Shown piece by piece: positions 1-10,374 of a DNA stretch of 36,966 bases. Each line of letters begins with the position of its first letter. Positions within the stretch are counted from its first letter, which is position 1. The DNA comes from an uncultured Gemmatimonadales bacterium (lineage in GTDB: Bacteria; Gemmatimonadota; Gemmatimonadetes; Gemmatimonadales; GWC2-71-9): positions 1 through 36,966 of the forward strand of contig CAVOGR010000010.1 of the NCBI GenBank assembly GCA_963695555.1. The letters run 5' to 3'. The position numbers and the translations under genes are program-made. The notes beneath the pieces were generated by a model. That model was given only the letters and a program-made list of their open reading frames with translations, did no database searches and had not been told where the DNA came from.

Positions 1-942
1 CACCATTGCTATGGCAATCGGGGTCTCGCATACTATGTTGCCGCTGCAGCCTACCTTGGTTGCTGACTTTTTCCCAAATATCCATCCATTTCCCCTCTTC
101 AAGTAGCTCGCACATTCCCCCCGATTATAGAGGTGCCCGGAGTAATACCGCCGGGCGCTTTTATTTATGTGTCGGAATGCTGGTTCTTCGGTTCGAAAAG
201 GTCGGGATAAAGGCGTTGTGAACACTCCGGGCAGATGCTGTGCGAAAAATCAACCGGTATTGCTTCGGATATAATACGTTCGAGTCGTTCCAGTAGCCTT
301 CGCGGTCACGGACGCGTTTGCATGAAGCGGGATTGGACGACATTCTGATGGTCGGTGATATGCGAGAGTGCCGCAGCAAAGACATTGCTCGCACAGTTCG
401 CGGCTGGCATGTCATGATGCGATGCTGCGGCCGCAAGGATACCGGTCATCCCTGTCGTTGTATCACCGCTCTGTCGCGGCATCATGGAAACGGTGTATGA
501 AAAGAACGTATTCGAGTGTCTTATTGATGTTTCGAACGAGTCGGTCGAGGCAGGACACGGCATCGCGGTATCCTTTCAGGCGGATGACGGTTCCAGTCTG
601 TTGATGACGTCGATGAATGGTTTGCCCGTAACGTCTGCCGGATTAATGAATTGATGCAATGTAAGCCAGGAATTGTTTGGCGTCAAGCAGCAATCCGCGG
701 GTATCAAGCGCGAATATCGGTATGCCGGCAGAATCGATGAGATGTATGAGAAACCGTCTTTTTGGTGAAACTCGTCTTGATTGAGACGTGGATTACCATT
801 GTCGCCATGATCGTGCGCAAAAGCTGCTTAGTGTGACCGTAACTGATATTGTTTTTTTTATTGCCGTACTGATTTATCGTAAGTTTGTCTCTTGCTTCGG
901 CATGACATGAGTATCCTGCAGCACTATATGTATTGTGAGCGA

Positions 943-983
943 ATAACAAAAAAGGCAATCCATCGGGTTGCCTTTTTTGTTAT
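943..983. terminator. Bidirectional intrinsic terminator-like hairpin
   Basis: Perfect 16-bp inverted repeat ATAACAAAAAAGGCAA (943-958) / TTGCCTTTTTTGTTAT (968-983), with A and T tracts on both sides. It lies just past the stop of the minus-strand remnant at 1003. Confidence 0.8.
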
Positions 984-1002
984 AAAGTTTATTAATACAT
1001 AG

Positions 1003-1576
1003 TTATCGCACCGGCAGTATGTAATCTTCATCACGTATTGCGTCTTTGCCGGTTATTATTTCGGCTTTTGAAATGTGGTCGGCCACCTTAGACCATCGTC
1101 ACGTTGATTTCTACCGACCATCGCACCCGAGTCGGATGCGTATACCCAGAACTGGTCTCCTGGTTCTTTCATCCCGTCTGTTGAGCCGGCGTTGATGTTG
1201 ACGTTGCCCGTCGTGATTGAGAATGGTGAAACGCTTGTCAGCGAACCACTGCTGTCAGGGAGTGTGAAAATGCCGGTCAACTCCTTGCGGGCGTTATTGA
1301 GAGCTTCAACGGTGGTCTGTCCGAGCATTGTGCCGAGATACCGTTTCGATCCGAATTCCAGACTGTCGAGGCTGTAGAACTCATTGTCAAGCTGCCGGGG
1401 CTTGCCGAACAGCTCGATACCGAGGCCCCCGTGATGTCAGTTTTTTCTCTCCGGATACCGTTCCCAGTATTTTCCCGGAATCGACACTCATGACCCTTAT
1501 CTGCTTTACGCGCACTTCGGCGGCATACGACTTGTATCCGCCTATCATCGGTTCGCCGCCGCCCCATCGGCCGAAC
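1003..1576 (-). pseudogene. Frameshifted, 5'-truncated CsgG/HfaB- or FlgT-like protein fragment
   Basis: Stitching minus-strand frames gives ...GGGEPMIGGYKSYAAEVRVKQIRVMSVDSGKILGTV... / ...LEFGSKRYLGTMLGQTTVEALNNA...VNINAGSTDGMKEPGDQFWVY... / ...ADHISKAEIITGKDAIRDEDYILPVR*. This needs shifts near 1428 and near 1090-1110. Family assigned by motif resemblance only. Confidence 0.4.
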
Positions 1577-1780
1577 GGCCGCGATGTTGCCGTAGAGGAA
1601 GTCGAACGGGAACGCCCGGAGCAACTCTGCGACGGCGGGAGCGAGCTTATGCAGCTCCGCCAACACCGACTTGCCCAGGAAGATGTGTGTCGCCGGCGTC
1701 CAGGCGTAGAGGTGCTCCGGCACGAGTAGCACCACGACCCCGACTACCGCCAGGGCGACAACGAACTGTTTGGCGCTCAC
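1577..1780 (-). pseudogene. N-terminal fragment of a zinc-dependent phospholipase C family protein, truncated at the composition junction
   Basis: Signal peptide followed by AWTPATHIFLG...FDFLYGNIAA, the W...H start and G...D region typical of the family. The reading becomes unrelated where the conserved Asp is expected. Confidence 0.7.
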
Positions 1781-2271
1781 CGCCGTCTGCGGCGTCGACG
1801 TCGGCGAAACAGTCGCGCTACCGGAGCGAGCAATGCCTTGCCGTGTCTCGCGGTCCGCAGTCCGGCCGCCAGGCTCAAGGCCGACTCCTCCACCTCGTCG
1901 TACACCACCTCATACAGCGCGTCCATGTCTTCCAGCCGTTCCTGGATGCTGTCCGCGCCGGTCACCAATTTCTTCCGCAGCTGCCGGCTCACGTCTACCA
2001 GTTCGTCCGTCTCGCTCCGGAGCCGTTGTGCCATGGCGCCGCCATCCTCGGCCACGCGCTGCACCGATTTGAGGGCGGGATCGAGATCACGACGCAAGTC
2101 GGTGAGGGTCTCCTGCATGGCCGCAACCCGCTTCGAGGTGGCCCGGGCCGCGATGAACACCACGATGCCGATCAGCAGGTACACCAGGGCTATGAGGAGG
2201 AGAGAGATCGCCACGATTGGGCCGACCCACGACGCGGCGTCGGCGGTCGCTGCCGGTGCTAAGGCGAGCAT
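1777..2271 (-). CDS. DUF948/YoxC-like membrane-anchored coiled-coil protein
   Basis: AGGAG RBS, N-terminal TM helix, amphipathic coiled coil and poly-Arg tail. Stop overlaps the next start. Confidence 0.7.
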   Translation of the reverse strand: MLALAPAATADAASWVGPIVAISLLLIALVYLLIGIVVFIAARATSKRVAAMQETLTDLRRDLDPALKSVQRVAEDGGAMAQRLRSETDELVDVSRQLRKKLVTGADSIQERLEDMDALYEVVYDEVEESALSLAAGLRTARHGKALLAPVARLFRRRRRRRRR

Positions 2272-2425
2272 GAGGCTCCTTTCTGCGCCCAGCGGCGCGC
2301 GGCCGCCGGGCAGATCGCACTGCCTGAAGTGTAGCCCGGAATCGGTTGAGTGGAATCCCTGGGCCGCCTATCGGCTTTCGCCGGAGCGGCTTGACGCATT
2401 CCACTGCCGCGGGCAAGCTTAGGCC

Positions 2426-3712
2426 ATGCCCTCCCACTTCGTGGTGCATGGCGGCGTGCCCGTCTCCGGCACCATCCGCCCAGCTGGCAACAAGAATGCC
2501 GCGCTGCCCATCCTCACGGCGACATTCCTGTGCGAACAGCCGGTCACGCTCGACAACGTGCCGCGCATCGGCGATGTCGAGACCATGCTTGCCCTGATGT
2601 CCGACCTGGGGGCGAAGGTGGAGTGGACCGGACCGAATCGCGTCGAGGTCGACACGCGCGGGGCCACGTTCAAGGCCCTCGACCCGGTGCTCTGCGCCCG
2701 GATCCGGGCATCGATTCTCCTAGCCGGACCGCTGTTGGCCCGATTCGGCAAGGTCGTCCTGCCGCCGCCCGGCGGCGACGTGATCGGCCGCCGCAGGATC
2801 GACACCCACCTCCTCGCGCTCGAGTACATGGGCGCCCAAGTGGACGTGGGGGACCGCTACGAACTCGTCGCCAAGAAGCTCAGGGGCGCGGATATTTTCC
2901 TTGACGAACCCAGCGTCACCGGCACCGAGAACGCCCTGATGGCGGCCGTGGCCGCCAACGGGCGAACGGTCTTGCGCAATGCCGCGTCGGAGCCGCACGT
3001 GCAAGACCTGGCCCGGATGCTGGTGGCGATGGGGGCCAGGATCGAGGGGATCGGCACCAACACTTACGTGGTGGAAGGTGAGGGCCTACTCAAGGGCGGG
3101 TCGTACACCGTAGGACCTGATCATATCGAGGTGGCTAGCTTCATCGGCCTCGCCGCCGTCACCAACGGCGCCATTACCATCGATCCCGTTCGCCCACAGG
3201 ACCTGCGCAGCACGCTGATGGGGTTCGACCGGCTGGGCATCCGGCCGCGCATCGATGGTCACCGCCTGATCGTGGACGCCGACCAGGAACGGCGGATCCG
3301 GCCGGATTTCGGCGGCCACGTGCCGAAGCTCGAGGATGGTCCGTGGCCCGCGTTTCCGGCGGACTGCATGTCGATTGCCATCGTCACCGCCACGCAATGC
3401 TCGGGACTCGTCTTGGTGTTCGAAAAGATGTTCGAGTCGCGGCTCTTCTTCGTGGACAAGCTCATCTCGCTTGGCGCGCGGATCGTGCTCTGCGACCCCC
3501 ACCGGGCAGTGATCGCCGGCCCGTCGCGCCTCCAAGGCGGCACGGTCGAATCGCCCGACATCAGGGCCGGCATGGCCATGTTGCTCGCCGCGCTCGCAGC
3601 GGAGGGCAAGAGCTCGATTTACAATATTGGGCAGATCGAGCGAGGCTACGAGGCGATTGACACCAGACTCCGCGCCCTGGGAGCCAACATTGAGCGCGTT
3701 GACGACGACTAG
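2426..3712 (+). CDS. murA: UDP-N-acetylglucosamine 1-carboxyvinyltransferase
   Basis: [49 protein letters not shown] and ERGYE motifs; 428 aa. Confidence 0.97.
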   Translation: MPSHFVVHGGVPVSGTIRPAGNKNAALPILTATFLCEQPVTLDNVPRIGDVETMLALMSDLGAKVEWTGPNRVEVDTRGATFKALDPVLCARIRASILLAGPLLARFGKVVLPPPGGDVIGRRRIDTHLLALEYMGAQVDVGDRYELVAKKLRGADIFLDEPSVTGTENALMAAVAANGRTVLRNAASEPHVQDLARMLVAMGARIEGIGTNTYVVEGEGLLKGGSYTVGPDHIEVASFIGLAAVTNGAITIDPVRPQDLRSTLMGFDRLGIRPRIDGHRLIVDADQERRIRPDFGGHVPKLEDGPWPAFPADCMSIAIVTATQCSGLVLVFEKMFESRLFFVDKLISLGARIVLCDPHRAVIAGPSRLQGGTVESPDIRAGMAMLLAALAAEGKSSIYNIGQIERGYEAIDTRLRALGANIERVDDD

Positions 3713-4481
3713 CCCGGTCCTGGTCCGGGAACGTCCCGTTCCCGGTGACATGCCCCAATTCGAGGTGCCGAATTGGCGGCAACGCTACGGCGTCATCGCC
3801 GGCATCACGGGGCGGGGAACGGGTGGCGGGCGGGGGTTCGACCTTTCCCTGTCCGGCGACGCGCCGATTAGCCAGGTCATGGGCCGGTGGCAGGCGCTCC
3901 GGGAGAGCGTGCCCGGGTTCCATGCCCTGATCCTTGGACGCCAGGTGCACGAGACCAACGTGCGCTGGTGCGAGAGCGACGAGGGATGGGTCCAGCTCGA
4001 CCGCACCGACGGGCTCGCGACGATGACCGCCGGAATCCTGCTCAGCGTGACCGTGGCCGACTGCATCCCGGTCTACCTGGTGGCCCCAGCAAGGCGAGGC
4101 GTGGCCTTGCTCCATGCCGGATGGCGCGGCGCCAGCGCGGGGATTCTCGATCAGGGCGTGGAGCGGCTGATCGAGTATGTAGGGGTCCGACCGTCAGACA
4201 TCGTAATGCACTGTGGCGTAGGTATTTGTAGTAATTGTTATGAAGTAGGTTCTGAGGTCCTTCAGGCCTTCGGCCTGCGGGGCGACGGGCCCGGGCCGTG
4301 GCAGATCGACCTGCGGGAGCGGCTGGCACACCGGGCGCTGAGCCTGGGCCTCGGCGAAGTGTCGCTGTCGGAGTGGTGCTCCGCCCATGACCGCCCCGGG
4401 TTCTACAGCCACCGCGCCTCCCGTGGCCGGGATGGTCGGATGGTGGCGTACCTCGGTTTCCCAGTTACCAGCGGTGGGTAG
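3699..4481 (+). CDS. pgeF: Peptidoglycan editing factor / YfiH laccase-domain purine nucleoside phosphorylase
   Basis: [22 protein letters not shown] and FYSHR...GRM motifs. The TTG start overlapping the murA end is a best guess. Confidence 0.9.
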   Translation: MTTTSPVLVRERPVPGDMPQFEVPNWRQRYGVIAGITGRGTGGGRGFDLSLSGDAPISQVMGRWQALRESVPGFHALILGRQVHETNVRWCESDEGWVQLDRTDGLATMTAGILLSVTVADCIPVYLVAPARRGVALLHAGWRGASAGILDQGVERLIEYVGVRPSDIVMHCGVGICSNCYEVGSEVLQAFGLRGDGPGPWQIDLRERLAHRALSLGLGEVSLSEWCSAHDRPGFYSHRASRGRDGRMVAYLGFPVTSGG

Positions 4482-4625
4482 CCGGATCGCCCGAACGGAG
4501 CGGTTGGACGCCGGGGCGGGATAAAGAACCTTTCATCTCCACTTTTGGGATTTGTTACCCGCCCGGCTCCAAGTTCCGGCATGGTGGCCGGTCTGGCCAT
4601 CAGGTCTCAACTCGCGGGAGGCGCC

Positions 4626-4829
4626 GTGGCTGACAGGGCCGACGTGTTTGCTGAGGTACTCCGCTTCTGGCAGGAGAAGGGCGTCCCTCCCTGTGCCGAG
4701 GCGCAAGCGGACGGTGTCCCATGCACCGTGCTGGGACGCCAGTGTGAGAGCTGTTCCCTCGCCATCAAGGCGCTGAACGACGCCCGAGACGCCGATGCCC
4801 AGCTGGGCGGCAATGGCATGGATTGGTAG
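4626..4829 (+). CDS. Small 67-aa four-cysteine hypothetical protein
   Basis: GGGAGG RBS at 4616-4621 before GTG; C-x9-C-x6-C-x2-C pattern (CAEAQADGVPCTVLGRQCESC). Confidence 0.6.
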   Translation: MADRADVFAEVLRFWQEKGVPPCAEAQADGVPCTVLGRQCESCSLAIKALNDARDADAQLGGNGMDW

Positions 4830-5014
4830 GCATGACGATGTGAGGGGCTCGGTCGCCTGATTCGAGGCCAGCGCCACGTGTCGGCTCGGCAGCGGCCGGC
4901 GCGGCTGCATCGATCGCAATGCCCAAGCGGCGGCTGCTGGCTCGTTGACTCCGTGGGGATGGCGCGCTAGCTTTGTGCCGATCGCACGGGGATGCGGGGC
5001 AGGTGCTGGATCGG

Positions 5015-5043
5015 ATGTGGGGGAATTCCCCCACATTTTTTTT
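5015..5043 (+). promoter_or_regulatory. rimP-leader-like terminator/attenuator hairpin
   Basis: ATGTGGGGG-AATT-CCCCCACAT followed by T7, about 20 nt upstream of the rimP start. This is the position of the widespread rimP leader. Confidence 0.75.
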
Positions 5044-5064
5044 CATCCGTGGCCACCAGCCGGT

Positions 5065-5544
5065 ATGCAGCAACACACGCTACTCGAACCGATTCGTCTC
5101 CAGGTCGCGCAGTTGGGGTACGAGCTCGTGGATCTGGAGCACCGCGGCACGACCGAGCGGCCGGTATTGCGGCTCCGGGTCGACCGCGTCGGCAGTAGCC
5201 CCGGTCACGGGATCACGGTCGCAGAGTGCGGCACGATCAGTCGAGCCCTCGAAGCCTGGCTCGATGGTGAACAGCCGATCGGGCCGCGGTATGTCCTGGA
5301 GGTGTCGTCGCCGGGCATCGAGCGGCCGGTCCGCTGGCCCGAGCACTGGCGCCGGTTCCGCGGGCGGCAGGTTCGGCTCAAGGCTGACGGCCTCACGGGC
5401 CGCCCGACGGCGACGATCGTCGACCTGCCGGACGAGGAGCACGTGGTCCTCAGGCTGGCTGATGCGACCGAAGTGACGGTGGCCTTCGCGGATATTAGCG
5501 AGGCGACCCTGGTGGTGGATTGGGATTCGATTACGAAACGGTAG
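5065..5544 (+). CDS. rimP: Ribosome maturation factor RimP
   Basis: LGYELVDLE, LRLRVDR, ITVAEC..ISR and YVLEVSSPGIERP motifs; directly upstream of nusA. Confidence 0.95.
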   Translation: MQQHTLLEPIRLQVAQLGYELVDLEHRGTTERPVLRLRVDRVGSSPGHGITVAECGTISRALEAWLDGEQPIGPRYVLEVSSPGIERPVRWPEHWRRFRGRQVRLKADGLTGRPTATIVDLPDEEHVVLRLADATEVTVAFADISEATLVVDWDSITKR

Positions 5545-5557
5545 TAGGAGCAATGAC

Positions 5558-7081
5558 ATGACAGGCTCGGCGGAAATGCTGGCAGCTTTTCGGGAACTCA
5601 CCACGACCAAGCGATTGGAGCGGGGCGAGCTGTTGGATCTTCTCAGGGATGGAATTCAGGCCGCGCTGGTGCGGGCCTACGGTCCCACGGTCAAGTTCGA
5701 GCTCAACGTCGACGAACTTCAAGGCACGATCCAGGTCCTCCGCCTGCGCCAGGTCGTGGAGGTGGTCGAGGACCCGGCCTGGCAGGTGCCGCTGGACGAA
5801 GCGCGCTATACCGACCCGGAATTCGAGCCGGGCGATGTGCTCGAGGAGGAGGTCCCGTTCCAGACCTTCGGCCGCCTCGCGGTGCAAGCCGCCAAGCAAC
5901 GCATCATCCAGCGGGTCCGCGAGGGTGAGCGGGCGCGAATCCGGGAGGAATTCGGCGATAAGGTCGGTCGGCTCCTCTCGGGCGAAATCCAGCAGATCGA
6001 GCGCGGCAAGCTGGTCATCATGCTCAACCAGTTCCGCGAAGCCGAGGCCATCATCCCATATCGCGAGCAGAACCACCGCGAGCGGTTTCATCAGGGTGAC
6101 ACGATTCGGGCGGTCTTGAAGAAGCTGGAAGAGACGCCCAAAGGCCCGCGGCTCATCCTGTCGCGGGGCGATCCGTTGTTCGTCACGGCGCTGTTCGAGT
6201 TGGAAGTGCCGGAGATCCAGCAGGGCATCGTCGACATCAAGGCCATCGCGCGCGAAGTGGGAAGCCGGACCAAGGTCGCCGTCATCTCCCGTGATGATGC
6301 GATCGACCCGGTCGGCGCCTGCGTGGGCCTCAAGGGGTCGCGGGTACAGGCGGTGGTCAACGAGCTTAGTGGCGAACGCATCGACATCGTGCCCTGGTCG
6401 CCCGATCCCGAGCGGTTTGCGCGCTTGGCGCTGGCGCCCGCGCGGGTGGCGAAGGTCTTCGCCGACTCCATGAGCAAGACCATCCAGGCGGTGGTCGATG
6501 AAGACCAGCTCTCGCTGGCCATTGGCCGGAACGGACAGAACGTCCGACTTGCGTCGGAGCTGATCGGCTGGAAGATCGATCTCTACTCGAGCCGCGAGTG
6601 GCTCGAGCGGGGCGGCGAGGGCCCACTGTTCGCTCCGCTGCCGCCGGAGGAGGAAATGGCCACCCAGGTGCCGCTGAGCGAGTTGGAAGGGCTGGCACCG
6701 GAGTTGGTGGCCACGCTGGGCCAGGCGGGCTACCCCATGCTGAACGACATCCTCGACCTCGAGCGCGAAGACATTGGCGCCATTCCGGGGATGAGCCCCG
6801 AAGCGGCCGATCAGCTCCTGGCCTTCCTGACCGAGCTCACCGAGGAAGGCGCGGAGGAAGCGGCCGCCGCGGCCCCGGCCGCCACTGTGGCGGCGGAGAG
6901 CGCAGCGGAGCCAGCAGTGGAGGAAGAGCCTGCGTCGGCGGAGGTAACCCAGCCGGCGGAGAGTGCGGCGGAGCCTGCAGTGGAGGAGGAGCCTGCGTCG
7001 GCGGAGGTGACCCAGCCGGTGGAGCCGGGTGAGACGGGAGTGGACCCGGCGGCCGGCGAAGCGGAGCGCACGCCCGAGTGA
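5558..7081 (+). CDS. nusA: Transcription termination/antitermination factor NusA
   Basis: FGRLAVQAAKQ, S1 domain, KH motifs IDPVGACVG and LSLAIGRNGQNVRLAS, acidic tail; AGGAG RBS. Confidence 0.97.
   Translation: MTGSAEMLAAFRELTTTKRLERGELLDLLRDGIQAALVRAYGPTVKFELNVDELQGTIQVLRLRQVVEVVEDPAWQVPLDEARYTDPEFEPGDVLEEEVPFQTFGRLAVQAAKQRIIQRVREGERARIREEFGDKVGRLLSGEIQQIERGKLVIMLNQFREAEAIIPYREQNHRERFHQGDTIRAVLKKLEETPKGPRLILSRGDPLFVTALFELEVPEIQQGIVDIKAIAREVGSRTKVAVISRDDAIDPVGACVGLKGSRVQAVVNELSGERIDIVPWSPDPERFARLALAPARVAKVFADSMSKTIQAVVDEDQLSLAIGRNGQNVRLASELIGWKIDLYSSREWLERGGEGPLFAPLPPEEEMATQVPLSELEGLAPELVATLGQAGYPMLNDILDLEREDIGAIPGMSPEAADQLLAFLTELTEEGAEEAAAAAPAATVAAESAAEPAVEEEPASAEVTQPAESAAEPAVEEEPASAEVTQPVEPGETGVDPAAGEAERTPE
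6893..7018 (+). repeat. 63-bp tandem duplication in the nusA 3' end (AESAAEPAVEEEPASAEVTQP x2)
   Basis: 6893-6955 and 6956-7018 differ at 5 positions. Confidence 0.95.
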
Positions 7082-7389
7082 CGAAGCTCTTGAACTTGAT
7101 TGGTATGGGGCACCGAGCGCGACGGGTGACGATCGGCGTCGACCGAGTCCGAGAGGATATCCGGGCGGGCCGCACCACGTGCGTCGTCGTAGCGGAAGAC
7201 GCGAGCGCGCGCGCCTTCGAGAAGGTGGTTCGGTTGGCTGTCGCCCGGGATATCCCCGTGGTGCGTGGGCCGGCCGCCGATCGGCTGGGAGCCCAGCTGG
7301 GGAAGCCACCGGTGATGGTCGTCGGTCTCAAGGATCGAAGCCTCACCGACGGGATTCTCCAGCTCGAGCTCGAAGCGGTACGTCGGTAA
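7078..7389 (+). CDS. L7Ae/L30e/YlxQ-like RNA-binding protein
   Basis: LIGMGHRA...G...VVVAEDAS...LGAQLGK pattern; located between nusA and infB. Confidence 0.85.
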   Translation: MTKLLNLIGMGHRARRVTIGVDRVREDIRAGRTTCVVVAEDASARAFEKVVRLAVARDIPVVRGPAADRLGAQLGKPPVMVVGLKDRSLTDGILQLELEAVRR

Positions 7390-7396
7390 GGGAGGA

Positions 7397-10090
7397 ATGA
7401 GCGTGGCCAAGACCAGAGTACACGATCTCGCCGCAGAATTCGGGATCACCTCGGAGGAGCTGCTGAGTCTGCTCCGGGAGATGAACGTGTTCGTGCGCAG
7501 CCATTTGTCGGCGCTGGAAGCCGATCAGGTTGCGCAAGTCCGGGTCCGGTGGGAGCGCGACAAGCGGAAGGCAACCGGCGAAACCAAGGTGAAGAAGGGC
7601 CGGCGCAAGGCCACGAAGAAGAAGAAGGCCGCGGAGCCCGTGCAAGAGAAGGTCACGCCGCGCCGCCGCCGCCGGACCGCGGCGGACGTGGCGGAGGCCG
7701 AGGCCAAAGCGGCGGAGCAAGAAGCCAAACGCGCCGCCGCGGAATTGGCCGCGCTGGAGCGGATTCCGCTCGAGGAGCCCGTCGTGGCTGAACAGCCGCG
7801 CTCCATCGAGGAGCGGGCTCGCGAGCTCTTCAAGGACTTGCCGCCGCTCGAGGAAGAAGTGCATGCCGAGGCCCCGGAGGCCGAAGGCGCGGCCGCAACC
7901 GCCGCACCCGCCGCACCCGCCGCACCAACCGCGCCGGCCGAACCAGCAGCGCCACCGGCCCCGCCCGCGCGCAGGCCGGAGCCGGTGACGCGGCGTCGGG
8001 TGGCGCGACCCACCCCGGTCCGGGGACCGAAGCCGGTCTTCAGCTCGAGCGGGCCGCCGGCGGCGCCGCCACAACGACCCAGCACGGAAGCGGGAGCCCC
8101 ATCCAGTGGCCGTCCCCCGGCAGGCCGGCGCAAGGGCCGCAAGGGGCGCCGCTCGGCGGTGGATCAAGACGCGGTGCAGGCCAACATTCTCAAGACCCTG
8201 CAAGGCATGCGCGGGGGCCGTGGCAAGGGGCGTGGGTCGAAGTCGGGCGAGCCGTCCTTCCGCGAGCTGGAAGAGGGCCGGCTTGCCGTGGAGCGGGAAA
8301 AAGAGAAGACCCGGATCCGGGTCAACGAGTTCATTTCCGTGGCCGAGCTGGCCGACATCATGAAGATCCCGGCGACCCAAATCGTCCAGTTCGCGTTCAA
8401 GGAACTCGGGCTCATGGTCACGGTGAACCAACGGCTCGATTTCGACCAGATCGACCTCATGGCCTCCGAGTTCGGCTTTGAGGCGATACGCGAAGACGAG
8501 TACGCGGCCCAGACCGAGACCGAGACTCCCGACGAGGAGAAGGATCTCCTGCCGCGGTCACCGGTCGTCACCATCATGGGCCACGTGGACCACGGCAAGA
8601 CGTCATTGCTCGACTTCATCCGCAAGGCCAATATCGTGGCCGGCGAGGCGGGCGGCATTACCCAGCACATCGGGGCCTATCACGTCGACCTCCCCGGCGG
8701 CAAGGATCTCACCTTTGTGGACACGCCGGGCCACGAAGCGTTCACCGCGATGCGGGCACGCGGGGCCCAGGTGACCGACATCGTCGTCTTGGTCGTCGCG
8801 GCCGACGACCAGGTCATGCCCCAAACGGTCGAAGCGATCAGTCACGCGAAGAATGCCGGCGTGCCGATCGTGGTGGCGGTCAATAAGATCGACCTGCCGA
8901 ACGCCAATCCGGGGAAGACCACGCAAGACCTGCTGCAGCACAGCGTCGTGCTCGAGGAGTACGGCGGTGACGTGCTGAGTGCCATGATCTCCGCCAAGAC
9001 CGGCAAGGGTGTCGACCAGCTGCTGGAGAAGATCCTGCTGCAGGCGGAGCTGCTCGAACTCAAGGCCAATCCCAACCGGCCGGCATCGGGCACGGTGCTC
9101 GAGGCCACGCTCGACCCCGGGAAGGGTCCGGTTGCCACGATTCTGGTCCAGCGCGGCACCCTCAAGGTGGGAGACGATTTCATTTGCGGCAGCTTCTCCG
9201 GCCGGGTGCGGGCCCTGCTGGACGAGCGTGGCAACCCGGTGACGGAGGCCGGTCCGTCGATTCCGGTCCAGATCCTGGGCTTCGACGGGGTGCCGGCGGC
9301 CGGCGACGCGTTCCTGAACATGGCGGATGCGGGCGAAGCGCGCGACATCGCCCAGAAGCGGCAGCGCCTGGAACGTGAAGCCCAGAACCGTCGTACCGGA
9401 CGCGGGGGAACGTTGGAGGACATCAGCCGGGCGCTGCAGGAGGGCGCGGTCTCACAGCTCCGCATCATCATCAAAGCGGACCAGGGCGGTCCGGCGGAGG
9501 CGCTGGCGGATTCGGTGGCTCAGCTCTCCACACCCGAGGTGAAGGTCGATGTCGTGCATCGCGGTGTGGGCGCTATCAACGAGAGCGACATCATCCTCGC
9601 CAAGGCCTCTGGAGCGGTGGTGATTGGATTCCACGTCCGCCCGGATTCGAATGCCCGCGCCGCCGCCGAACGGGAGCATGTGGACGTCCGGACCTACCGG
9701 GTCATCTACGAAGCCGTCGAAGATGTGCGGAACGCGCTCGAGGGTCTCCTCAAGCCGGAAGAGAAGGAGATCGTGCTGGGCGAGGCCGAGGTGGTCCAGC
9801 TCTTCAAGGTGAGCAAGGTGGGTACGGTGGCGGGCTGCACTGTCCGGAGCGGCATCATCGACCGGACCGCCAAAGTGCGGGTGGTGCGCGATGGCGTCTC
9901 GGTGTACGAAGGCGTCATCGGGAGCCTCAAGCGCTTCAAGGACGACGTCAAGGAAGTGCGCGAAGGACTGGAGTGCGGGATCAGCGTCGAGAACTTCAAT
10001 GACGTCAAAGTGGGCGACGCCATCGAATCCTACCATCTCGAGGAGATCCGGCGTACGCTCGAATCGTCGGCGTCCGCTGGCGTCGTGTAG
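7397..10090 (+). CDS. infB: Translation initiation factor IF-2
   Basis: [31 protein letters not shown] and [12 protein letters not shown] motifs; GGGAGG RBS. Confidence 0.98.
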   Translation: MSVAKTRVHDLAAEFGITSEELLSLLREMNVFVRSHLSALEADQVAQVRVRWERDKRKATGETKVKKGRRKATKKKKAAEPVQEKVTPRRRRRTAADVAEAEAKAAEQEAKRAAAELAALERIPLEEPVVAEQPRSIEERARELFKDLPPLEEEVHAEAPEAEGAAATAAPAAPAAPTAPAEPAAPPAPPARRPEPVTRRRVARPTPVRGPKPVFSSSGPPAAPPQRPSTEAGAPSSGRPPAGRRKGRKGRRSAVDQDAVQANILKTLQGMRGGRGKGRGSKSGEPSFRELEEGRLAVEREKEKTRIRVNEFISVAELADIMKIPATQIVQFAFKELGLMVTVNQRLDFDQIDLMASEFGFEAIREDEYAAQTETETPDEEKDLLPRSPVVTIMGHVDHGKTSLLDFIRKANIVAGEAGGITQHIGAYHVDLPGGKDLTFVDTPGHEAFTAMRARGAQVTDIVVLVVAADDQVMPQTVEAISHAKNAGVPIVVAVNKIDLPNANPGKTTQDLLQHSVVLEEYGGDVLSAMISAKTGKGVDQLLEKILLQAELLELKANPNRPASGTVLEATLDPGKGPVATILVQRGTLKVGDDFICGSFSGRVRALLDERGNPVTEAGPSIPVQILGFDGVPAAGDAFLNMADAGEARDIAQKRQRLEREAQNRRTGRGGTLEDISRALQEGAVSQLRIIIKADQGGPAEALADSVAQLSTPEVKVDVVHRGVGAINESDIILAKASGAVVIGFHVRPDSNARAAAEREHVDVRTYRVIYEAVEDVRNALEGLLKPEEKEIVLGEAEVVQLFKVSKVGTVAGCTVRSGIIDRTAKVRVVRDGVSVYEGVIGSLKRFKDDVKEVREGLECGISVENFNDVKVGDAIESYHLEEIRRTLESSASAGVV

Positions 10091-10092
10091 CC

Positions 10093-10374
10093 GTGGTGGT
10101 TGGGATTAGCACATGGGAGCTGCATCTCCCCGGATGCCACTCGTTGAAGGAAAAGCGGGGTACGCTCAAGCCTCTGACGGCGGAGCTCAGGCGCAGCCTG
10201 AACGTCTCGGTGTCGGAGACTGCGCACCAGGATCTCTGGCAGCGGACCGAGATCGCCTGCGCCGCGATCGGCACCAGCCGGAAGGTGGTGGAGGAGACGT
10301 TGCGTTCGGTTGACCGGCTGATCGAAGCCCGCGACGGGATCCGGGTGATCGACACGGCGACGGTGTATCGATGA
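10093..10374 (+). CDS. DUF503 / YlxP family protein
   Basis: MVVG...ELHLPGCHSLKEKR...NVSVSE...QDLWQR; located between infB and rbfA. Confidence 0.9.
   Translation: MVVGISTWELHLPGCHSLKEKRGTLKPLTAELRRSLNVSVSETAHQDLWQRTEIACAAIGTSRKVVEETLRSVDRLIEARDGIRVIDTATVYR

Noticed and set aside
1..700. Short ORFs in the AT-richer left end
   Set aside because: No recognisable motifs and probably frameshifted. No product can be supported.
1018..1041. ATGTAATCTTCATCACGTATTGC loosely resembles the nanopore adapter
   Set aside because: The match is gapped, and the opposite strand reads as a plausible protein C-terminus (GKDAIRDEDYILPVR*) followed by a terminator. Probably chance.
1277..1780. 167-aa ORF as one intact gene
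   Set aside because: Only the first ~68 codons are family-like. The rest is an off-frame read of the foreign segment.
7895..7975. GCCGCACCC-type short repeats in infB
   Set aside because: Ordinary Ala/Pro-rich low-complexity linker of the IF-2 N-terminal region.
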